From: Owenia fusiformis
Lineage: Eukaryota
DNA: 64,000 nucleotides
Assembly: GCA_903813345.2 (NCBI GenBank)
Contig: CAIIXF020000001.1
Coordinates: forward strand, 12,648,001-12,712,000
Direction of reading: 5' to 3'
Made by a program: the position numbers and the translations under genes. Positions 23,610 to 35,600 of this stretch are shown here, in pieces (the stretch's first letter is position 1; each line of letters starts with the position of its first letter). The notes under the pieces were generated by a model, which saw only the letters and a program-made list of their open reading frames with translations, was not told the DNA's origin and made no database searches.

Positions 23610-26600
23610 ATGAATCGTAAACGATCTGATGAAGTTAATAACAAGGCTCTTGAAGAAAGACTGAGATATGCTGTTACAAATGATGATCTCCAGACAGTTA
23701 AACGTTTATTGAAGGGTGGTGTTGCTACTACATCTCAATATTGGGTAACAAATACCTTGTCTGTTTTTTTCAAAATTGAAAAATTTGGCAAGATCTTAGT
23801 TTCACAAATTACCCGGGAATTTATTCTAGTCTGTTGCAACTCCATCATTGATTCATTAGTTGTACTGCTGGGGTTTCTTGAACCTTTCACATTTGTTGTA
23901 TATGTCTTCTTCCGATGGCTTCACACGACACTTCATAATTTTGGCAAACATGAGGATAATGTGCAAAACTTTCTGATGTTTTGCAGAGGATATAGGGAGG
24001 GAGCCGCAATATTGTGTTGTCATCCATATAGGTACATGTAATTGTCGTACAAAGGAAAGCCTGCATTGAGTGTCCGAGAATATTACCTACATGGACGGCA
24101 TTGCCTTCCTGTACTCTTATCTGAGAATCTATGTCACCAGAAGTGGTGACTGGTGACATACATGCATTGGCGTCAGAAGGGGGAGGGCGTTGGGGGCGAC
24201 CGCCCCACCCCCTTTCCCTGATTTTTTAGATTTCAAACCTAGCCTAGGTACTATAGCTAATTACAGTTTCTCATGAACCCATACAGTATGTAAATGCTTT
24301 GAAGAATAAGTGCAAAATGTATATTTTAGTAAAAGTTTTTTAGTCAAAGTCAAGTTAGTTTTCTTGGGAATATTGAGCTGAGATATGTTCAGAATGAACC
24401 AGAGAGGGTCTAATTTTGAAAATTTTCTGAGAGAACGCCCTCCGACCCCCCTAGATCGCGCTTCGCGTGCGGTGCGCTTCACGCATGACCCATCCATACC
24501 CATGCAAAAGTCGCCCCCTCCCTTTGTAAATCCTTCTGACGCCCCTGTACATGTATTGTTACTTATCTTGCCCTTTATGTATATGATATGATAGGTTTGA
24601 GAGCCTTTAAAAAGGGAATCCCCGTAAAGACATCAGGATCTGATGCTGCAAAACCTGGATGTACCAATAGATGGCGGAATTTTGACAGTTAAAATAAGTT
24701 AAGGCCAGTTAACATGCAAAAATTGCTATTAAAAATGAAAATTTCCTTGTTCTGCTGATAAACCCATCGAGGCCATGCAATAAGGGATTCAGCTTCATAG
24801 AAATAATTTTGAAATACCCAGGAATTTATTGAGGTAGGTCATTTAAGTGTGAAAAGTGTGGGGAATTCTTCCATATTGTTATCATAGGGACAACCTAAGC
24901 TATAGGGACGCTCTCAGGACTATAGTCCTGGCACAGGATAAATTGTTACAGTCTCCAATGTTTTTTGTGGCTGGTGTTTGGCAGTCGGCATTTGGCATAT
25001 GAAACAAATGGTAGGTGGTGACATTTTGAATATTAATGCCTTGTTTTTATGTCTCTGCTTTTTATTTCTCTCGCATACTGTAGTTACGTTTGTAATGACC
25101 TTCCATAGCAAGTCACTACTACTGTCTCAGCTGTAGTGGCTAGCCTTTATGGCTCAGGGGTAGAGCATCTGACTCTGAGAGCGGAAGGTCCTGGGTTCGA
25201 TTCCCCCGTACGGGGCATTGAATTTAGCACATTCTCTTTCGAGTCTAGTATCTGGCTCGGTACACTACAGCCCCCCAACGATCGTGCCCAAGGGTCGATA
25301 CACATTCAATTTGCCTGCTGCTGATGTGAGTCAAATGAACCCCATAATATATAGGCAACACATATTTTATTTGAAATCTTACAAAAGGATGTACAGGTAT
25401 CTTTAAACTCCAAGCATATTAAGTAAAGTGCTCAAAAGAGATATTGTGCATGGGAATATAAAAGTTAATGTTTACATAATAAACCTTCTTTCATCCAAAC
25501 TTGTATGTAAGGAATAATTCAAGGAGTTAGCGGCCAAAAGTGATGATCATTAATTTGTATATTCTAAAATGCTTTAATTTTTTATATAGAATGTTTCTTT
25601 TGCACCATGTGAGCCCCATAATGGTGAAATTTTTAATACACACAGTAGGAACATCTGATTATTTACAGTTTGATGGCAGCTTACTCCATGAAGCTGTTGG
25701 TCGCAGTAGAGAGGAGATGGTCAGACTCCTGATTCAAGGAAAGGCTAATGTTAATGCAAAGTCGAAAGTAAGTTAAACATATTTTGAACTGCCTGTTACA
25801 AAGGATTTGAATTTTTGAAGTTCTTGTTGTCAATAGGATTCCCTTTTTAAGTTATTTTTGTTCAACATCAATATAGAAAACCCCCCTATGACTCCTGGTT
25901 CAAAAGCTCGCCTATTTTCAAAGTGGCGCCCATTTTTGTCTCACGAAATTAAATTCACTTTTGGACCATTTGCTTTAAAACCTGTGTCGATAAGATTCCT
26001 GTTTTAGGTTATTTTTTTTCAACATCAATACAGAAAACTTCCTTATGACTTCTGGTTTAGAAGCTCGCCTATTTTTTCCTCGCAAAATTCACTTTTGGCC
26101 CATTACCTAGCTCTACAAATAATCTCAGGTGTTCTGCATTGTAAAAATTGTCACCGTAAAGAGTTGTTGTATGAAATAATTTTGTTACAAAAAATCGGCA
26201 AAAAGTTATATCCGTTTTTTAAGTTTAAGCCAATTTAGTTAACATTGATTTGTCCATCTGTCTCACATAATCCACTTTTGGACCATTTGCCATAAAACCT
26301 CTGTCGATAGGATTGCAGTTTTAAGTTATTTTTGTTCAACATCAATACAGAAAACTCCCTTATGACTCCTGATTCAAAAGCTTGCCTATTTCCATAATGG
26401 CTACCACTTTTGTCTTGCGGAATTCACTTGTGGCCCATTTCCTAGGTTTACAAATAGTTTCAGGTATCCTGCATTGTAAAAAGGGTAGTGTATGAAATAA
26501 TTTTGTTACAAAATATCGGCAAAAATTACATCCAACTGCCATTTTAGCCATCATTCTCTTTTGAGCTACACCCATGGTACTGTTTATTTTTTTAGAGAGA

Positions 26601-29600
26601 GTATTAATGAAGGAATTTCATTTTGTTTTTCTAGGATGGTAGAACTGCCCTACATGTTGCTTGCAGAATTGGTAATGAAGCCATTGTGGACCAGTTGATT
26701 AAAGGGGGCGCTGACATCAATGCCAAGTCAAAGGTATGCTGTTTTTTAATTGAAACATGTTCTGTATAAAGTGTCGAATCGTGATGTTATTATTGGACAA
26801 AATTAAATCCCCCGAATGCAGGCATCCAGATATATCATCCATCTTCCCCTTTTATAAGCTGGTTTGGATAGGGAAGAAAAAAGGAACAGAGTGGATAGTG
26901 TTTGGAGACCTGCTTTCAGTGAATGTCGCACAAATAATTTAAGCTTATATTTCTGATTGAGTTAAATAGTTGCTCACTTGTCCTGATTTAAATTGGGAGG
27001 AATCCAGATTTTTAGTGCTAACTCCAATTTTTTTTCATATAACCCCCCGATTTTTCATAAAACCTACTGATTTTCTCCCAATTTGTTTTTCAAGAGAAAG
27101 CCCATGGTCTTAATCAAACTAAAAGTCATTCCCTGTGACTTTATTCCACAGTTTGTATATACAAAAACGGTTAGCAAATTGGTGGGCTATATTTGTCTGA
27201 GGCTTTTGAACATTATATCTTTCATAATATACTATAAGTTGTAAAAGATGGCTCAAAAGATATACTGTTTTTTTAATTCAAAATCAGGGACATACAACAT
27301 GTTCATATTTTTGATGAAATCCAAATACTGTACATTCATGTTCTTTATTACACGAGGCATACATAGGATATGTTTATATTATTTAATTGGGTGGTTGAGA
27401 GGTCAGAAGCATTACTTAACTACAGTAGCTGGTAATATCACAAGTACGACTGGCAGCTTTCCTTGTTCAAAATTTAAATTTAAGAATCTGAAAGGCTAGT
27501 TTGTCATAGTGCAAAACATAGGCCAAGGGTAAAGTAATAGTAAGCCATATATAGAAGAGACAGGTGAACAACTCTGACTTGGACTACTTGTTAAGATGGA
27601 GATTTCAACAATATTTAGTGTATTATTTTCAAAAAGCCATGGGGAGTTGATAGAAAATTGATAGTTTGTAGCTCTTACCTAAGATTGAAACTCAGTCAGA
27701 TGATATTGAGTGAATAATGCTGTCTAAAAGAGAGAATTTCTGAAAACCTGCAATTGCCTGGCAAGTTCATTAGTAAACAAGTGATCTGATTGGTCACTGC
27801 TGACCTCCCTGACCTCCAACAGTGACAATCAGTTTCAGCTTGCCAGGCAATTGCAGATATCCATAGTTGTTGTTTTATATGCAGTATTATATGCAGTTTT
27901 TAGATAAAGATTTGAAAAAAATAATGATATAAGTTTGAAAAACACTTTGAAGAAGATTTTGCAGAGATTTGGGAATACAATTTGATACCAGTAAGGAGAA
28001 CTAGTGCCAAGACTAAAAAAAATTGAAAAATTTTCAATCTTACTTGTGGACCTGTCTCTTCTATATTCAGCTTACTATTACTTTCCCCTTGGCCTATGGT
28101 GCAAAATGTGCATAGTAACAAAATGTCACCCTCCAGAAGATATAAAGCATTGCTATTTTGCAATAATCTTTTAACAAGAGTATGAGGTATTGTAATATTG
28201 AAAGAGAAGTGTAGTTTAGACCTAAATCAAGATGGCCATAGTCTTAGATTAAGTGTTATCCATTTACACCCAGGAGGAGCATATAGTCAGAACATACTGC
28301 TGTTAATTGAACTTCAATATATGTTATCCTTCAAGTGTGTTATTCTCTTCAGGCTCTTCTATCTTTGTTACAAACACATTACTCTCTCCACACAGTTTCC
28401 CTCCAACACGGATTAGCATTTTCCTCAGATGTTTGAAGTTTGACTTAAAGACTAAGTCCTCGCTACCAGCTATTCCAAGCCATTCCTCCTCGCCAACTAT
28501 TGAGCCATCTGACTGGGGAAGACCAATTGTCAACACTGTAGCACCACTTTCTCTCAGAAGCTCGGCGAATTGAAGAGTTTGGCTTGCCTTTCCTGTCACA
28601 ATAACAAAGACACTTATTTTCAAAAAGAACAAATTCAGGCTCTCTAGTACAATTCAACATGCAGAATCTTATGTGTTGAATTGTGTTGAAAGTGTTTATG
28701 GTATTATAGAAAGAATTTAAAAAGTCCTTCTTACCACTTGGGACAGTCTTTCCATCTGTCAACACAATTGCAACATTTGACACACCTGGTCGGTCACCAT
28801 TTTCGGGTGAGAAATATTCTGATTCCACTTTTTTAAGGGCAGTAAATGTATTTGTTTTACATCCATTTGGGGTCAGACTCATTGTTTCAATTTTATCCAA
28901 TAATTGGCTACTGTTATCTGCCCCATCCTGTAAATAAGCCACGTGTTGGTATCCTTGATTAAATGTTAGTGCCCCCACTAGGATACCATCCTGTGTGTTT
29001 TTATCAATGTTAAACGCCCTGACAGTCTCCGTCATGAAGGTACGAATATGTGTCTTGTCTGTATCTGCGACTGAACATGAGGTATCCACAGAGAAGACAA
29101 TATCAAGTGGTTTATCGCACTCTATTCTTGTACCTATGAATGGAGAAGACAATAAGAAGTGGTTTACTGTACTTTTACTTAATTTGGCGCTACTTGATTT
29201 GGGGGATTTGCTGTTTTGACCTCTTGATGGCTACTTCATTTGGTGGACTTGCAATGTTGAAAATATTGGCGAACTTCAAAGGTTCCACTTATGAGCCCAG
29301 TTTTAATCTGTTGACTTTCATTTGACTAATAAATTGTCATTGGTTCATTCAAAGTAGTTGAAAATGGACATATTGTTGTTGTTGTACAAAAGTGACGATT
29401 TTGAACACATTTTGAAAGATATTGTTCAACCGGAACAGGTGGTAAATTTCGTTCCATGGGAATCCCCAGGAATTTTGGAATTTGGCAGTCTTATTGAACA
29501 AACTTAAACAATTTGGCACCAATTCAATACACAGAAAATACCCATCCAGCAGACTTTTTTAAAGATCAACCAAATTGTGAAAAATTTGGTTGATGTTGTT

Positions 29601-32600
29601 TATGTCTTTCCAGCGTGGCTATACTTACTAGGTACACATTTATTTTCATGGCATGATAGACCTCGACAACATTCATCATCACTGGAACATCCTCCTTCTT
29701 CAACGCAACCTACAGAATAATATAATAAATTATTACATTGTATAGCCATAATAGACCGATGGCGGTCATATCGTGTACCATGCATACGGTTATATCAGAC
29801 AACCGCGGGTACGCGAAGCATTGACACGGTTATACTCAGCTGCAGTAAGAATCTTAAATCGTAGATTCAAAAATGTTTCAAAAAATAAATTGTGGGACGT
29901 CCATCCTTTCAATTGCTTATTTAGAAGTCTATTTCCAAGTCTGATCGGTGGTATTCGTTGACAAGTGCATATATTTTAAGAAAAAAGGTATGGCGAAGAA
30001 GATATTAGGCCACACGTTGCACTTATAGCTCGGGAAAGGTAAAATGACTCCCAAATTTCCTCTATGGTCTTTATTGGACATTTAAATCTTGACTGAGGAC
30101 ACACGTACTTGACCAATTTTATTTCACCACCAAGAAGTGGTCATATTGTTATGGTCACTTGTTTTGTGGTATGAGTTCACTGTCTCTAACAAATGCTTAA
30201 AATGTGGTGGTAAGATTTAGGTGGTAACATTTTGTCATGTTAAAGTCTGTTTTAATCTCACCAATCTCATAATCTTACCTTACTGCCTAAAACAGTATAT
30301 TGGTTCAGAAAATAAAAAAACAATGCTTTTTCCTCACTCGAAAATGGTTTCCCTTGCTGAAAATGAATTTAATACTCAAACCGGGGCTTACATATCTTGT
30401 CAAATGAGCAAGTAAATCCTACACAACATTCAGGACTTAAGTCATCTCCACAACTTCCTTTCACCTTAGAGCAAACCTCTTCTACAGGTGATTCTAAAAT
30501 GTAAACCATGACAAATACGTTATACTTTCTCAGTTGTACAGAGGAACACTATCAAGTGAATACAAAAATAGTCTCATTTTCGATACAACTTTAAAATTAT
30601 CTGAATGATCGAGTTGATTCAGCTGACTCATGAATCCATGGATTATTTAAGGATTTAGATCCTGGACTCAGTGCTTTGTAGACTGATTACCATTCTCAAA
30701 GGTGTTGTTTCAAAATTTGCATGAGATACGTAGCATTGAGTGCTAAGTTTAAGAAATAATGCCCAAATGTGAAATTGATCAGCTTATCGGTTTCATCAGT
30801 TTCACTAGAATCTAAAAATGAATTTGAGTGCATAAGATTGTATACTTCACACTTTACACTTCCTAATATTTCATAATCAGCTATTCTAGGTGCTTATGTG
30901 GATTTAATAGATCTTAGAACAGTAAATACATATACCGGTAGTTCACATTATAGGGAAATTATCGAAATGGGAAGTTATCGAAATGATTTAGAACAAACAT
31001 AATCTGTCTTGCCTGGTAGAAGACATTCTGGTGCCTCTTGGTTCCATCCATCTTCAGTACACTCAATCTCTGAAGGCCCGGTCAGTTGGTAACCTTCATC
31101 ACATTCAAAGCTTATCGCACTGTCACACAAGTCAGCTCCTCCAACCATGGGTGAACGGGAACCATTTTCAGGTGCTGGTAGATTTGTACATTCTTTTACT
31201 GTTCAAAAGTGATGGAATATAAAAATGATTTGTTTTCTACCTATTTGCTCCCTAATATAAATATCAACATCAACATTTCTATACAGTGTGTCCCAAAAAA
31301 AGGAAACCAGCGATAGATTGCTTATTTCTCAAATATGAATAATAATAGGAAAATTTCACAGCTACCATCTGATAGGTTATGATGTCCTCCTTTGTATGAT
31401 ACCAAAGTTGTCTATTTTCCTTCACGGATGATTGAGTTATAAGGGATTTAAGTGACCATGTCAGAAATGAGTTTGTACCACTTTCAGCCAAGTCGATTTC
31501 ACCATCATAACAAAGTGATAAGTAACAACAAACATCAGGATATCACTCTTTTACTCATTTATTCCAATCAAAATTACACATATCATATTTAACACCCCTT
31601 TTAAATACCAATGTCCATTCAAAGTTGTTTTAACCCCAGTGTCATCATCAGGGATGCAGTACTTGCGATGAGATCAAGGGCAGACATTTGCATTGAAAGG
31701 AATGGGGGTCATGTGAAATTTTCCTATTATTATTCATATTTGAGAAATAATCAATCTATTGCTGGTTTCCTTTTTTTTGGGACACACTGTACATGTACAT
31801 GGAAATATGTTTTGAAATATCACATTGATCCTTTTTATTGATGGATGAATCAACTTGTTATGCAATCAGCCTAAAAAGTAAGAGATTTTCAACAACCTAT
31901 GGTCCAGCAGGTGGGATATAGATATCTTAATGGGACATACGAGTATATAATACAGTATGTTAATTGTTAAACCTGTGTTATTATAGCGTTATGTTATAAT
32001 GTATAGCCAAATTGTATTGTAGACACACCGGAATAGCCTGACAACGGTAAAGTCAGATACTGTTGTCACAAATGGCGGACACAACCGTCGCTTCAACTGT
32101 TTAATCACTTGGTTCTCATTTAATGGGACTTTATCGTCGCTAATTCTGTGCATGTATTAAGCTCTTGTGATGATGTTGCATATGAAATCCCAATTTCGAT
32201 CAAATTGGGTCGTGAATCACCATAATATACTAGTAACGTCTTCGATATCATCAATGAAAACTGAATATAAATTTGAGTAAGACAACGGCATATGGTAATT
32301 ACAGCGTCCATTGTCCCATATCTCATTTTGATCGGTTAAATGAAAGATTTTGTTTTGATGGTAGAACATTATTAACTGTACAATGAGTATTAAGACACTT
32401 TGATTGATTGTTGTTCCAAAGGAATTTAGTCTAGGTGCTCTATTAAACATACAGTTCATGAAAATCTAATTGAAGCGACAGTTATGTCCGCCATTTGTGA
32501 CAACGGTATCTGACTTTACCGCTGTCAGGCTATTCCAGTGTGATAGAGTAAACTATGTTATTTATAATTATATCAAGGATTTGATACCTTTACATGTAGG

Positions 32601-35600
32601 TACAGATGGGGAAACAGTTCCCCCTGGCATGCATGTCACAAAATTCTGGCTTACTCCATCAGAAGTGTCTAATGTATAGCATGAATCAGGCCTACAAAAA
32701 TAAGTAAAAATGCATTTGTAGGTCAAGGTCACCAGAGAGGTTAAATGTCAAATATGCAGGCATGTCAACTCTCCTGCAATTTGCATGCTGGTAACTCCTT
32801 TAAAGAATTAGAATTGATGGAAGAATAATGACAGTTACTCTGAACATTAATGAATATACTTAATGAAATAATACTATTCCATATACAGGACACTGTATGT
32901 CACATATTCAGCAATGAATACAGTGTCCAAACATAATACAAAATTACTGTTGTTTTTCAATTTTGGTATTTTTTCTGAGCTCCACCTTGTCGCATCACCA
33001 GTTACCATGGTAACAAAAATAATAGAATAATGATGTCAAAGAACAATGAAATCGTCATGGTGTGTATGGCATTATTTTTGCTTCTTTATTCATTAAATTC
33101 AAATATATTCGATATATGAAACATTTATATTCGCTAAATCATTTTTCCATTCGGTAAAAACGTTTATATGTTTGTTTCAGCAAATTAAGTTTTCAAAATA
33201 GGCAATCACTTAATACAATGTGCATTAAATTACATATTTCATTCGTTAAATGACATTTTTTGCGTAAATATTATGGTATTCCTTAAGAGTAACACATTAT
33301 ATGCACAATATTGAATTTCTATTTGAACCCTACCGAAATAAGTTTGCCTATATTTACCAAATGGTTTATTTTTCTATGACATAGTTAATGCATTTTACCG
33401 AAAGCTAATTTGCTATTTACCGAATGCAATAAAGTAATATTCGATAACTTGCGTTGTTGTTCGATATTTTGTCACGTGACTTCGAGATTTGCAAAATGGC
33501 CGCGTAGCTATTCTAGGTGTCACTCCGATAAATAGCACTTCCGGGTAGGACTTCCGGTTAGTGTTTTTTAATACTTTAAAAACGAAGCCATGCCAACTTC
33601 AATGGTGTGTATAGTAGGTTTAAGTGTATGCAATGTGGCCATTTGAGGTATGTATGTAAAGCTGAGGCCAAGTACTTTCTAAATGTGCCATTTTAAGAAG
33701 CAAGAATTCGCAAGAATATAGTCCCGTAAACTGGAACTACTTTATTCGTTAATTTTCATCGGTGAAGCAGGGATTTTACCTGAAAATGAGTCCCTATGTT
33801 GGCGTGGTGATATATAAAAATCGAGACGCAAACCCTATGTTAAATATAGTGTCAAGATGAAGGTTGTGTATAGGGGAACGCAGAAATATAGTCATTGTAT
33901 GGGCTAGTTCGTTCGAAAATGGCGATATGTACCCCAGAACTTGAATTTTGTGATTTTTTTCAATATTTTTCAATGATTTACAGGAGTGACACCTCTACAT
34001 CGTACAAATATATCACGTGACTGAAAGTCTCGTAAATTATCGAAAAATAACGAAATTTATCGAATGTGGCATTCGGTATTTACCAAATATAAATAATTTA
34101 AGTACCGAATGTACAAATAATTAATTGAATTATATGTGCGTTAAGGAAAACAAATTGATTCGCTGCATCACACAAATACATGTATAAATATCAAATGTGA
34201 ATGTCAATACAAAGAACAAGTGAAACTATTTAGCGAATATAAATTGTATAGATTATTACATTTGATAAAATAAAAAAACATTCGATAGATTGGGTAAAGG
34301 TTTGGTAAATTGTTTGTTTTATTTGGTATTTATGGAATATTAATGTACCGAATAAAGAAGCAGTTTAAACACCATAGGTGTGATCCTATATATTTGGGTT
34401 ATATTATGTATTCTGTTACACAAAAAAAAACTGGCGTGACTTCAAATTTTCCAGCGAATGCGTGACAAAAACGCAAATTGCGGGACAGTTGGACGGCCTG
34501 GAAGCTGTTTAATTTATGACAAGAGTATGATCATATATGTTTTTATTATTCTGTTGATAGAAATTCAGTGTTAATTTTAGCATTATTGGTGATGAAGGTG
34601 CAGAGTCATTGTCAAATTCATCAAAAGGTCAAGTTGTTTGGAATTATTTTACTTTGAAAGTTTTACAATTTCAACAATTTTTAGAGTTCAATATTTATCT
34701 TTTACAGAAAACATGAAACAATTCATTTCCATTCAAATGTTGATTCTGTAGTTGCTAAATTAAAATCAAATTAACACTATTATATTCAATTTTCATTCTT
34801 TTGACCTGGGTTAATTTGGCTTGAATTTGTGATTCATATGTGCATAATAGATTTGATAAACAATAGTATATCTAGTTACACTGATGTTCCCTGACATTAA
34901 GTGCATTTCTGGTCAGTGAGGCACTGGGTTCCGACCTAGTTTTACGAAAAGTTCTGCATCTTATGTTCCAACAGTCACACCAAAATTGTTGGAAATATGG
35001 ATGTAATTGTTTTCTATGGTTAATCTGTCTAATCTATGTAACTTACTCAAAATAAACTTTTTCTCCAACATTAAACCGTCCTTTTTTATTTTCTGCACTT
35101 CGTTGGATGTTATATCCACAATGGTCTTCTGCTTGTGGGTACTCACAGGTTACATCTATTAAAGAGATGCTGAATTAGTTCATCAGGAATATGTTATGTT
35201 ACATAATCGTTAAGCCAATGGTACACATGATTTAGTTAAATTGTCTTACGTGCTATTGTTATTTTAGATGTAGTCAAGTTTATCCCCTCCCAAATATCTA
35301 TTCATCAAATCTGACTAGAGAGATAATGGGGGAAGGAATATATACAGTATGCAGAAGGTTGATTCAAGACTACATATTTGTACGGTTAAGTTATGTTAAG
35401 TTATGTTGTATTATACCTGCACATGCTCCATTCTCACAGACACCAGTGCAGCAATCTTCATCTTTCACACACACCTGGGTAATCTGGCCACAACCTGAAG
35501 AACATTTCTATTATTTTACTTTTAAAGGTTTTTTTAAATTCCCATTTACCCTATTTGAGTGTAGGCCACCGTAATATCGACATTTCTGAATATAGGTCAC

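Noticed and set aside
25142-25222. tRNA gene
   Set aside because: A and B boxes are present but the anticodon stem pairs poorly, and the downstream body recurs at ~50612, which fits a SINE.
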